Source of the DNA: Geosiphon pyriformis uo1
Taxonomy: Eukaryota > Fungi > Glomeromycota
Length of the DNA: 64,000 nucleotides
Assembly (NCBI GenBank): GCA_016748015.1
Contig: JAAOMT010000328.1
Coordinates: 62,001-126,000, forward strand
Direction of reading: 5' to 3'
Part shown: positions 51,979 through 64,000 of the stretch, piece after piece
Position numbering within the stretch: the stretch's first letter is position 1
Layout of the letters: each line of letters starts with the position of its first letter
Notes under the pieces: generated by a model
What the model saw: the letters and a program-made list of their open reading frames with translations, nothing else
The model's database searches: none
What the model was told of the DNA's origin: nothing
Program-made: the position numbers and the translations under genes

Positions 51979-52426
51979 TCGTCAGGTCCAAGTCCAATAA
52001 ATTAGGAGGGAATATCTTAGCGCTATCGTTTCTTCAATTTTACCATTCCTTTTGCATTTATCCACCCTTTTTTTTTTAAAAAAAAAATTACTAATCTTCA
52101 CAAATTTTATAAAGTTTTGGTGGAGGTAAAAATGTTGATTAGCGAAGAAATTCATTGTAATTTTCATATTATATTGGTATAATTTTTTTTAACCTGAATT
52201 CTCCGATTATTTTATGTTTTTCCAGAATGGTTGAAATTTATTTAGAATCTTAAAATTAGGATGACGTTCTTTGAATTTTCGTAATGTTACTAAATGCTCT
52301 TGATGGTGACACAATACCTATTCGGCTTCATCTGTTTTTAATATAAGCTCGTATTTATTGTGCAATTTAAATTTCAACTGTCAATCAATTTGTTGGGTGA
52401 ATAGCTCAAAAACTTTTCGACTTGTG

Positions 52427-53220
52427 ATGTATACAGTGTATCAACCAGGCTCTTCTGGGCGAAGGTTTATTTCAATCTTTTACGCGAGTCTTTCCGAGCT
52501 ATCTTTTGAATAAATCTATAGTTGGAAATTTACTTTTCCTCTGATATTTTGGTAACCAATAGATACCCAGCTTCTGTGGTGCGAGCTTCTTCTAAAACCC
52601 AATGTCAGAAATGTCTCGAGTTTGGTCACTGGGTATGGATGTAATTAACTCAAAGATGCTTATTATTTGTATCGATTCTCACCAACTTCTGCTGTTAAAC
52701 TCAGACCTTTGAATGTAAAAACAGCCGCGTTTACAAAGCACGACCAACAAGAACACAACAACTGACAAAACCTTTAAAACCAGTGATTGTAGATTTACCT
52801 GACGAATTAAAGACAAAGTATATTATCCCTGTCGCATTTATTCTCCTTTGAATGATGCTAATCTATCTTGTATAGAAAAGGAATAGCCGATAAAATTTTA
52901 AAGGAAAAAGAGAGAGAAAGAAGCAAAAAGAAGAGAAAGAAAATGGAGTAATTAATGATGAATTCTTGATTGTTCATTGTTGTTTTCGTTGTGAACGCAC
53001 TTTTTGATTTACAGATAATTATCTCTGTAGTTCTTCTAGTTCTTCCTCTTCAAGCGACAGTGAAAGTGAATCATCATCAAATACATCTTCATCTAATTCC
53101 AGTGACATTGAATCTTCATCTTCAAGTTTGGGCTCTTCAACTTCATCAAATAGTGATGCTAGTAGCAACTCACAATCTTCAAGATCAAGCAGTCCGGATC
53201 GGAAGCGCAGACGACGTTGA
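52427..53220 (+). CDS. ZCCHC10-like zinc-knuckle protein with Ser-rich tail; exons ~52427-52464, 52563-52632, 52705-52817, 52876-52947, 53031-53220
   Basis: CQKCLEFGHWTFEC...YKARPTRTQQL, then a basic region and a Ser-rich C-terminus; splice phases are consistent. Confidence 0.87.
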
Positions 53221-53789
53221 AACTTTATAATTTAGAGCGTATTTTGGATGCTATATAATGGTCAAATTAAAGATTTATCGCTCGCCACATTTGGAAGAGT
53301 TTAAAGGCTATTTTGGAATCTGACCTTCTTACTTTGAAACAAAAACTTCATTTTTAAAGGTGAAAATGAATTATCCATGTTTCTTAAATTCATAGTAAAT
53401 TGGGAAGAATTAAAGATGGGGAAATTAGAACAATCATGAAATATGATTTGATTTCGTTAATTCCAATTATATAAACTTTTGGATATTTGATATCAAAACA
53501 AGCGAAAGGTGTTTAAACGGTACGGAGGTCACATAAAATTTGGTACATATAAAACATCTGAACCCGAACCTTCAAAATAAAAACATTCAAACCTCATACT
53601 AAAATACATATTTTATTGGTCTTGAAAATATTTTCATTCTTACTCTCATATTTCATTAACCTCGCTCTTAGTCTGCAATCAAGTACTAAGCAAATGGAAC
53701 AATTAAAGGTTGATATAAAAAAATAAAATAAAAAAATAGAAGAAGTCTATGATTAGAAAAAAACGAAAAGGGAAAAAAATTCCCAAGCA

Positions 53790-54810
53790 TTAAGACTCCA
53801 AGTTAAGAGTAATTCCAAAACGGTGGGCATTTTCATTAAGGCGAGACGTGTCAACAATTCCACCCAAAGAAATTTTAACTCCTGGTCGTAGATTTTGAGT
53901 ATAGGAAAGGCCTACGCGTCCTAAGTTATCAAACTTGGCCTAATTCGCAACAAAAAAAGAATATGATTCATAATAAAACTGAGTTTGATTAAATCAGTAA
54001 AAGAATTAAAATGATACCTTGATGAAAGTATCACGATCCACAGAGTATTTGCCACCGGCCTCAAGAGTGACATTAGTTTTATTGGCAGCATCATAATAAA
54101 GTTTAACCCCAACCTCAGTATTAGCTTGGACTCGATGATAAGCGGAGGCAGTATAATTATTCAAGGAGTTGGATGTTCGAACAGCAATACTGTAGTTACT
54201 ACCATTATAACCAGCAGCAACACCATAACGAGTAACCTTGCCGTCCATAACATCGTATGAACCTTCACCACCGAGAACAAATCCCTCATGACCAATCACA
54301 CCATCCCCATAAAAAATAGGTCCTTTAAACAGATCAATGTAAAGCTTGGAGTGAAAACCAGGTTGCTTAAAGATTACGCCCGCCTTGGCGTTTCTTTGAG
54401 CAATCGCTGGTTGTAAAGAAGCAGCGATATCCAATTTAAGACCCTTGGCAACATTATTTTCCAGCTCAATTTGACCATTTATATGGTTAGTGGTTGTCCA
54501 GGATCCGGTGAAAGTTGCCCCATTTTTAGGATAAGAATATTTAGTTTTCAGATCACCCTGGATTGTGCCATTCTTTGGATCTCTTTGAGCATTAAGAGTG
54601 AAATTCTATTCAAAAGATTTATTCAGTATTTAAATTTTAATTAGGGGATATTTATAGTAAACAAATTATAAAATATGAATTTCTTACCACACCAGTGTGA
54701 GTATCTGTCTTAGCCTCGAGTTTTAGTCCAATTGGATAGTCTTTACCCAAGAGGTCATTAGCTGATTTTCCAATATCAGCAAAGGTGACGGGAATAGTTT
54801 GGTTTGACAT
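53790..54810 (-). CDS. POR1: Mitochondrial outer-membrane porin (VDAC); exons 54810-54688, 54605-54018, 53939-53790
   Basis: PVTFADIGKSANDLLGKDYP; WTTTN; KGLKLD; AKFDN...LRPGVK...HRFG. Confidence 0.95.
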
Positions 54811-55915
54811 TTCTTTGAAAAGGAATAAAATTGAATTATTCAAGAGGTAGGAAGACTATATGAGGAGGCTTTTAATGAATATAGTGAAGAATCGTTTAGG
54901 TCAATTTTCAAAGCTTGAAGGGAAAGCATATAGATAGATTTACTTTTGAACTTGATGTTTCCGGTCATACAAACAAAAAGCGAAATATTTATATACCTTT
55001 TGGTCAAATTTCAAGACGTTACGTGGGGATAAGGAATAAATAGGAAAAAGTTCAAAACTTGGGAATTAAAATTTTTTTGGGTGCCACAATTTAATTTTAA
55101 AGATGCAGGGACGATTTATGAAGTTTCATTGGCTAGTGATTTATAGGATATACCAAATGAGTCAATCTATATGTCATGATATATCATATATAGTATAATA
55201 GACAACCACGTGTTCGATTTTTGGGTTGTTGATAAAAAGGCCTAGAAAAGTTTAAGTATCCACCTCTTTTTTTTTTTTTTTGACTCTGAAACATTTCTAT
55301 GGACACTTACCGACCAAACCCAGAAGAGGACCAAGTTTGTTTGGTAATCTCAACAAAACCTAAGAATCATTGTTTAATAAAACGTAGCCATATTCCTTGG
55401 TATTCGAATCCTTGTATATTAACAAAAGTAAGTAATTTCAAAGAACTACTTTAAAGATTTTTGTTTAAAAAACTGCAAAAAATTAATTTTTTTTTGAAAA
55501 CCTTTTTTTTACCTTCAAATGTTAAAAGGTTATAATTTTCCTAGTTATTTTTTCATGGACTATATTTATAATGTGGCAATTTTTTCAGATTTCATTAAAA
55601 GAAAGTATTATTATAGATTTTAAATCTGATACTCAAAAATAGGGGATTATTTTGTGAATCAAATTTTTATTATTATTAATTTCATATCTATTTTATTGAA
55701 AGATAATAAACACATATTTCTAGATTCCATTTTTTTTTTTACCATGTTTCCATAAAATTTAGATGAAGTAAAAAAAAATATATAAAAATAACCAAAGTGA
55801 TAATTATATATATAAATTTAACTTTGAATAGGATGAATTCCTTTTTTTGAAAATTCGTTACCAGTATTTATTTTCATTCGAAATATTAGAATTTTCAAAG
55901 ATGTTTTATTCATCA

Positions 55916-55950
<35 letters not shown>

Positions 55951-55955
<5 letters not shown>

Positions 55956-57357
55956 ACACGAGAGCCCAAACGACATTTTCAAAATCTTTCAATTCACTAT
56001 GGCATGGATGTAAACTTTGATCGTTTTTCTTTCTTCTATTTTTTTCATCTTTTAAATTCAAAATTTCTTGATATTGTTGATCTTGTATTTTATTTTCACG
56101 ATTTTTTTGTATTAATTTAAAAATTTGAGTCATTGTCAACCCTCCTGGTCCTCTTATTTCATCAGTATTAACTTTACTTTTTGCCTTTTGTAAAATATCT
56201 GATCGATTTACCATAGGTTCTAATTTGCTACGTTTTTCAATTTTTCCTTCTAATTCCAACTGTTTCAAATGTAATATAATATTTCCAAGGGCAATTTTTT
56301 TTTCATATTGAGATGATTTTGGTGATAATAGTTCATTCAGAATGTCTTTTGAATCAGGAAATCCATTAAATTTTCTAATGATTTGAATTATTTCTTCAGA
56401 TATTGTTGTTTGATCTTTAATAATCTTTTCAATCGTGGAAATTGGATTTATAATAATATCTCCATGTCCTGGAAATATTAATTTTGGAACAATATTCAAG
56501 AGCTTCTTGAGTGATTTGATATATTCTTCTAAATCTTCAAATATAATATCGGTAAAATTTTTATAAGGAAGAATAGTATCCCCTGTGAACAGAATGTCTT
56601 CTTCCAAAAGATGAAAACTTATGCTATCACGACTATGACCTGGAGTGTGGTAAGTCTTTATTGTTGAGCTTTTATCAAGGGTTTGAATGATTTCACCATC
56701 CTTTAATGGTGTGAAATTGATATTTTTAGGGATTCCCAGATATTGAATAGAAGTGGTGAAGTAAGGATATTTATATATAGGAATTGTAGAGCCAGCCTTT
56801 GAATATTCATTTATTCCACCAACATGTGAAGAATGACCATGAGTGATCAAGATCTTGTTCAAATTTATTAATGATGATGATGATGATGATGATGTACCGT
56901 TCGTTGTGTTTCTACTTTGAAATCTTTGAATGATATTTTCAAAATTTACATTGTTTCCCCCAACGTCTATCAAAATATAGTTGTTTCCTTTGCCAATTAA
57001 GTATGAACAAACTAATTTTTTATTTTTATTTATTTAAAGAAAAAATTTTTTTAGTGAGCTTTAAGTCGCAAAAAAATTTGGAATAATTAATTTACAATTA
57101 TTAATTACCTTCTTCGTTACTAAAAACACTTGGAGTTTTTATACGAATTACTCTTTCAGTCAATCGTAAACTTTCTAATAAAATTGACAAGTTATTGAAC
57201 CTTTATCTGTAGAATATTTTATATTCAAAAACTAGAAAAAAAATAAATAAATAAATAAATTACCATTGTGAAATGTTTTTACTGATAGGAGCTGCAACCT
57301 TGAAGAAAGCTTTTTACTACTAGTATTTACTGTCCTTTGACATGCATTACAAAACAT
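55951..57357 (-). CDS. LACTB2-like metallo-beta-lactamase-fold protein; exons 57357-57264, 57174-57109, 57011-55951
   Basis: LTERVIRI, YLIG...LIDVG, THGHSSHVGG, HTPGH, LFTGD, FPGHG; R/S/K-rich N-terminus resembling a mitochondrial presequence. Confidence 0.85.
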
Positions 57358-57523
57358 TGTCACTATCACGTTGAAATGTATTTTCACTATCGAGAATATA
57401 AAAAAAAATTTATATATAGTCCAATTATGTGCACACTAATCCTTTTTCGTCTGATCGACAGATTTTGTTCTAACTCTCTCAAAGCAAATGTCTGGAACGA
57501 GTTTAAGAGCATTACAACAAAAC
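57358..57523. promoter_or_regulatory. Probable bidirectional promoter
   Basis: Only 166 bp separate the two predicted divergent ATGs. Confidence 0.55.
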
Positions 57524-59051
57524 ATGTCTACACTTAACTTTTTGGACTTCCCTTCCATGGTTAGTGAATAATTTACGCGTCTTCTGAACTTACATTACTT
57601 TTTATCCCATGCCATTTTGCTCTTTACTTTTCACTATAGACTTCGAGAGATGCCCAAAACTGGCTTTTGACTTCTTTAGATGAAGACGAAAACCCTTTTG
57701 AAGAGTTTTATGAAGGGAATAAATCTATCTCAATCGATTCCGAAGCAGAGGATACAGATACTAGTCTGGGTTCAATGTCCGTTTCTAGCGTATCTTCCGT
57801 TTATTCTTTATCACCACCAGAACAGGACGAATTTTTCGAAGTTGAATTGTTATATGATGAATTTCCATTCTGGATAGCAGAAGCTGCGACAAATCCCGAC
57901 CAACCTCTCATACCTTTTTTAGGGAATATAGTAGCTTGTTGTGTCTGTGGTGGTCCTAATTTTATGTTGAACTTTATATGTATTTGCGATGGCTGTCACA
58001 AAGGCTTTCATCAAACTTGTCATAATCCAGAGATAACCGATAGTTCAGTTAATCGACAGAATGCCAAGGGGGAACCATGGTTTTGTACAGAATGTCAACT
58101 GAAAGATTATCCGAAAGTAGGATGTAAAAAGTGGGGTATGAGTTTAAATTTGATGATAAATTTTTTTTTGAAAAAAATTAAAAATTTAAAACCATGGTCA
58201 TGTTTTTACAACCTAAATTTTTTTTGTCAATTTCAAATTACTCGCTAACAGAGGAGAGAATGATTGAAAGCAAAAATAAAGATATGGAATGGGGTCAGAG
58301 TGATACTGAAAATCATAAAAGATATAGTATCACGACAGTGGTTGATCGAGGCAAAGAAAAGATTGGTTTGATGAATATGGAAGCGGATGAAGAAGAGGGA
58401 TCGACATGTTCATCCACTGACACCAGTTTCTACTATAGATTACTAGATCAGAAAGAGGGTCCCAGAGTCTTTCCGTCTAATTTGTCCCCAATTCGCCACC
58501 GAAAGCTTTACACAACTACTTCTGAAATTCGAAAGTTCTTTGCGGAATGTCCAAATTACGCCAAGGATTTTGGGGAAGTTTTAAAACCTGATGAACTGTT
58601 AAATAAAAGGAAAATACCCTCTAGACAGTCGACGGCATCAGTTCATGTCAACGTCGCACATAATAGCAGCGATAAAAAAAATTCAACCATGGAATCTCTT
58701 CTTGGCCAAAAAAACAAACGAAATTCATTGGCCAAAAAAATTCTTGTATCATCCGCCAAAAAGACTGCAGGGACTACTTCCAAAAACACACATGCTGTAG
58801 TACGTAAAAATACTGTAGCTCCATCCAATAAAGCTACAGGGTCAACCATCAAAGGTGCAGGAAGCACCCCAAGCAAGAATAAGTCAATTGACAGATTCGA
58901 TGATGATGAAACCGATTTTGACATTTTATCATTAATACCAAAAGATGCTATTCCATGCATGAGCTTAGGGGTGCTTTCTTTCAGAGAAGGCACTATTGAT
59001 CCAAAAAGAGGCCAACTCAAACGAGCACACGTATTCCCGGTGACACGATAA
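57524..59051 (+). CDS. PHD-finger protein; exons ~57524-57559, 57640-58135, 58252-59051
   Basis: C4HC3 motif CVC...CDGC...HQTC...WFCTEC; acidic N-terminus and basic C-terminus; splice phases are consistent. Confidence 0.83.
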
Positions 59052-60769
59052 AAATTGAGTTTTTATAGCAAATTAAAGATTTGATCTTAATCACTTTTTA
59101 TTGCTCATTTTGAGATTAATCTATATTACTACACTTCTTGATGATGATACGGATGCCACAAGTAGTGTAGCATCACAACTCGAACTTCACATCGAAATTA
59201 ATTCAATGTGTGTTGAAGTTTTTCCCATACCTGGATTCTCAACGCATTTAATCTAATGTCACCTTACCTCTTTTCTATTCCAAGTTGGGAGGAAAGACCC
59301 GGGGTGATTTGGTTTGGGCTTCATCAATTTTTTATCTTCAATGTGACTGTTTCGTAAGATCATAAAATCTTTTTCTCTTCATATATTTATTAGCTTTGAC
59401 TAATCAGCCTTATCACAAGTCAACCAGGTTACCCTAATACCAGCGGCTTGTTGTCACATTATTTGATCCTCGGCAAACATATGGACCTTCTTTCTTTGTT
59501 TTGTTTGACTGTTTCTTTCCAGTCTTCATTACTATTATTATACATAGTTGTTATAACTATTGATCTATGCCGGATGCCGTTACATCAACGAATCAATGTT
59601 AAATGATGACCACTTCCCAAGTTCAAACGGTATCCTCGGCTAAAGATTCACAGACTGAGGAAAAATGCAAGTTCGGAAGAACGTTTGCGGATTTCGAAAG
59701 AGGTTACGGAAAGTACGACACGTGATTAAAAAAAACCATCAAAGATCATTTGGCAAAATATGATTTGCAAAAGATTTTTTACTCAATCTAAGTTTAGAAA
59801 TAAGTGTTTATCAAGAAATAAAACAAAACCTACTTTTTCAGTTTTTGTTTAAAATAATTTGTATGCCAAAACAATTTAACCTGAATGTTTTACAAAAATC
59901 ATTTTTTGAAAGAAATTGAATTTATTTATTAAAAATTACAATAAAACATTGTCATTAAAGTAATTTTATGTAATTGAAAGAATTTTAATATTATTGAAAA
60001 AGTTTTTTGATTTAATAGTATGTTATAATACTGTAAAAAATAATCAATTTTTATTGTTGCAAAATAATTTAATATATATAATCATTCAAATAATTATTAT
60101 AAATATATATATGAATTTTTTATTTTTAAAATATTTTTTTGTTGTATAAATACTACAGACTTATTTTTTTTAATCCAAAATATATTTGTATTAATACAAT
60201 TATTATTTATTGTTTTTTAAATAGATTTTATTAGTAAAAAATTTATAATATATAATAAATAATTTTTTGAAAAGTTATAAATAATTTAAAATTTAATTAA
60301 ATATGTTTTTTAATATTGAATTTTATTTTTAATTTTTTTAATTTATATTAATTTTTACAAATTGATATTTTTAAATAATTAAATTTTAATTCAAATAAAA
60401 GTTTAAAATTAGAATTTTAATATTTAAAATTTTTTAAAATATTAATTTATTAAAAATTGTTTATTTATTTTACATTTTTAAAATTTATTAATATATTTAA
60501 ATTTAAAATTCAATAATAATTTTTTGTAATATATAGTAATTAGGTTTTACACATTAAAATAAAATAATAATAATAATAATAATAATAGAAAATAATTTTA
60601 ATTTAATTATAAACAATAATTTTTTTTTCAATTTAAATAATAATAACAAAAATAATACTATATTTATTAAAAACAAATACATTATTAATATTTAATTGTT
60701 ATTATTTTAATAATTATTTTTAATTAATATTATTTATTATAAAAATAAAAATAAATTATATTTTTTTAA

Positions 60770-60779
60770 TTAATTAATA

Positions 60780-60843
<64 letters not shown>

Positions 60844-60860
60844 TAGTAATAATAATAATA
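60770..60860. repeat. (AAT)n microsatellite in an AT desert
   Basis: Seen directly. Confidence 0.9.
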
Positions 60861-61041
60861 TTTTATTTAAAAAAAATTTGATTTTTATTAATTATAAAAT
60901 AATTTTAATTTATTTTTATATAAAAAATTTGTATTTTTTTTTATTGTTTTAACAAAATAAGATTTTTATTATTATTTATTTTTAATTATAAATTAATTAT
61001 TATAAATATAAATCATGTATTTTTAATATATATTTAATTAT

Positions 61042-62099
61042 GAGCAATAAGTGTGCTGATGCTTTCACTAAAACTGCTGTGTTCTCTGATTTGCATCTTC
61101 TTCACATGATCGATGAATATTTTCTCAAGGCTGGTGGTATTACAGTGTTCAGTAATTCTAGACATTTTGTTCATAGTATTTTCTGATCTGTTTATTGTGC
61201 ACACTGGGAGGTTGGTTCTGATTCTTAGGTCTTGGTAGATAGTTTGTATGCTGATGTTGATTGGTCTAGATTTTTTTTGGTGTGGCATTCAGACTTTCAT
61301 TTGGCTGCTGATTTTATTAGTACTTAGACTGCTGGCTTTCAGATGTATTTTATGAAGACATTACATCATTGTCTTCTGGTTGCTGTGTATAAGTGTCTTT
61401 ATAATAGGAGTTATCCCAGTGTAATTTGTTTATTCTGCGGTGATGTTGAAGTCTCAGACCATGTGTTTTCTTGCCCATTTGATGCTGCTGGTCATGCTTA
61501 GTTAGTGGAAGTTCATGTATCTGCTTGGGAGGCATGCTCGGGTTTATCTCGCTCTTCTTCATGTGTTTCATGATTGCTTTCTACTTGCATCTCTGATGTT
61601 GCTGTTGGTGCAGCTCTATATAAAGGCTTTGTTTTCAAGAAGTGGTATTATAAATCTGTTGTTGTTTTTAAAGACCCTAAGATTGCAGCTTAAAATATCA
61701 TGGCCTTTGTGCATGAGTTTTGTTTTGTATTTTATAATGATGTTTGGCTGATGCATGCTAAGCACCAGACTATTATAGAAAAAGGTAGCATAATCCTGCG
61801 TAATGGTTTTGTTTCTGTTTTAGTCTCTGGTCTTTCTTTGGTGCTTTTAGCCAGTGTGGTTAAGTTGTTGGGTATTGCTAATACATTTGGTGTTAATTTT
61901 GGGTTTCATAAATCTTGTTTATTCTTTTTTGTGTAGATGACATGGTTTTAGTACATATAATAGCCTAGTGTTGTCCTGACTAGCTTAAGTGGCTGGTCAC
62001 GTGTAGAAAATGCATGATTCACATCTAGTTTAGATCATTTGTATAATGTATTATACTAGATAGTATTTGGATCTTACTTGTTAAATTAAATAAAAAAAA
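61042..62099 (+). mobile_element. 5'-truncated LINE (end of RNase H to polyA)
   Basis: CLFCGDVEVSDHVFSC; 3' UTR at 61968-62090; TSD ATTTAATTAT at 61032-61041 and 62100-62109. Confidence 0.9.
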
Positions 62100-62139
62100 A
62101 TTTAATTATTTAAATTTATATTCTTAAAATATTATTATA

Positions 62140-64000
62140 TTTTTTTTTATTTTTTTATTTTAACAAGTGAAGTCCAAACACTGTCTAGTACAATATATTA
62201 AAGAATCAATCTAAATTAGATATGAATTATGCATTTTTTATACATGACCAATTATTCAAGCCAATCAAAATAACACTATGCACCTATATAAATTAAGACT
62301 GAATTTCCAACACCTGAAGAAAACAAACAAGATTTATAAAAACCAAAACTAGTACCAAATACTTTAGTAATACTAAGCAACTTAGTTACACCATTAGAGA
62401 ACTTAAATAACAACCCAAAAACTGGAACTGGAGCTAAATTATCACATGATATAAGCCCATTTTTTTCCATGAATGCATAATGCTTAGCACAAATTAACCA
62501 AATTTCATTCCTAAAAACAAGACAAAAACCATACACAAAGTCCACAACTTTTTGACCTGTAACTTTGAAACTTTTAAAGACAGAAGCAGCTTCTTAAATC
62601 CAATTATTAAAGACAAAGTCCTTACAAAAAGCTGTGCATACTGTAATATTTGGAGCACAAAAGAACAACAACTAAGACACACATAAAAAAGAACAAGAAA
62701 AACCAAAAAGTGTATCCCAAACAACTGCATAAGCATTCAACAAACAGTAATGAACAGAATCATCAACTATACAAGAAAAAGCATAGTCCAAAACCTCAAC
62801 ATCATCACAATACAAACACAACATACTGGAATAACACTTGTCATACAAATGCTTTTGAACAGCAACTGGCAGCCAATAGTGCAAAGCTTTCATGAAATAT
62901 GTGCAGACACCAGCAGTAGACTCATTAGTAAAACCAACAGTTATATACAAATTGGGATATTATACCAAAAATAAGCTAAATTAATCAATATTTGAGAACA
63001 AACTATTATTCAGAATCTTAGAACTAGAACCAATTTCCCAATGTATACAATAAACAGACTAAAAGATCTCATGAACAAAATATCTAGAATTACCAGAAAT
63101 TATACTACCTTCAGCCAAAATATACTGTTCCTTTAATTGGAAGAGGAGGGGAGAGAAAGTATTAGGAAGAAAAAAAGGTGGCTTTAGCAAGAACATCAGC
63201 ACATATATTACCCAAAACATCTGAATGACTTTTTATTTTGCACCAGTTAACATCTAAATTTTTTCTCTGAATAATGTTTGCAATATGCTAATACTTAACT
63301 TAACAACAATTTCTATAATTTGAATGTATTAGACCCAATTCTAATTTACATGTATTCAAAGTAATCTAACTGTTCATAAAAAAACAAACTAAACTATAAG
63401 ATGGAATACACTCAAGGACCAATACTATAGCTTACAACTCTGCCAAAATAGATGACATCAAACCAGAAATCTTAACACCCAAACCCAAGTTAATGTTCTT
63501 AAAAAAAACTACTGCACCAGCTTTTATGCTAAGTTTTCCCAAATTTTTTAACAATCTATCTGTATAGACAAAAAGACCACCAACATCAACATTCAACAAA
63601 CAATTGCAAACTACTTCAAACTTACAAAACTTGAGAACATTTAAAGACCTAAGAACATTCAAAGAAAATACACACATGGAAGAGAAATCTATACCACTGA
63701 GAAAATTAACAAAAAGCTTAAACTAGTTAAGAATTAGGCCATGTGAGTCCAGTCTTTTCTAATGCTTAAAAGTTTTTCAATTAAAAATAGCTCCATTTTT
63801 ACCATGAAACTGGTCCATAAAAGCAATGCTATACTGCTAAAGTGAAGAAAAAAACTTAAAAAATCTGGTCTTGCTAAGAATAATCAACATAGAAGTTCTA
63901 TCATAAAGACAAAAAGCATTGTTTATGTGGCCACCCAGAGACAAATTGTACTCAAGAAAAATATGAATCACACTTGCCAAAAAATTATTAGAAGTACTGA
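62140..64000 (-). mobile_element. LINE 3' portion (RNase H, zinc finger, 3' UTR), continues beyond window; tail-to-tail with the previous copy
   Basis: VYTDRLLK, ILAEL, CLYCDDVEVLDYAFSC; reverse-complement 3' UTR at 62160-62278. Confidence 0.9.

Noticed and set aside
55395-55412. tRNA T-loop-like TTCGAATCC
   Set aside because: No cloverleaf or A-box can be built around it.
59425-59442. Telomerase RNA template (TACCCTAA)
   Set aside because: Less than 1.5 telomeric repeats and no supporting structure; expected by chance.
59603-59658. C/D-box snoRNA (ATGATGA...CTGA)
   Set aside because: Short, no terminal stem and no recognisable rRNA guide.

Overview
Very AT-rich fungal DNA with GT-AG introns. 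The gene content and repeat families suggest a Glomeromycotina or Geosiphon-like fungus, but this is inference. About 1-48 kb and 60-64 kb are nested retroelements. The Ty3/Gypsy LTR elements encode Gag-PR-Cys-rich domain-dUTPase-RT-RNaseH, then an integrase in a +1 frame with its own ATG. One element is complete at 12995-22550 with a 4-bp TSD, and there are several solo LTRs. The LINEs encode an RRM/zinc-knuckle ORF1 and an APE-RT-RNaseH-CCHC ORF2. One non-autonomous element carries only ORF1 and shares the LINEs' structured 3' end. The repeats are eroded almost entirely by C>T/G>A transitions, and several apparent AT deserts can still be read as fossil pol genes. A CpG-retaining island at ~48.4-59.8 kb holds six host genes: YPD1-type Hpt, cofilin, ZCCHC10-like, VDAC porin, a LACTB2-like metallo-beta-lactamase and a PHD-finger protein. 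All alignments were made by eye; no searches were run.
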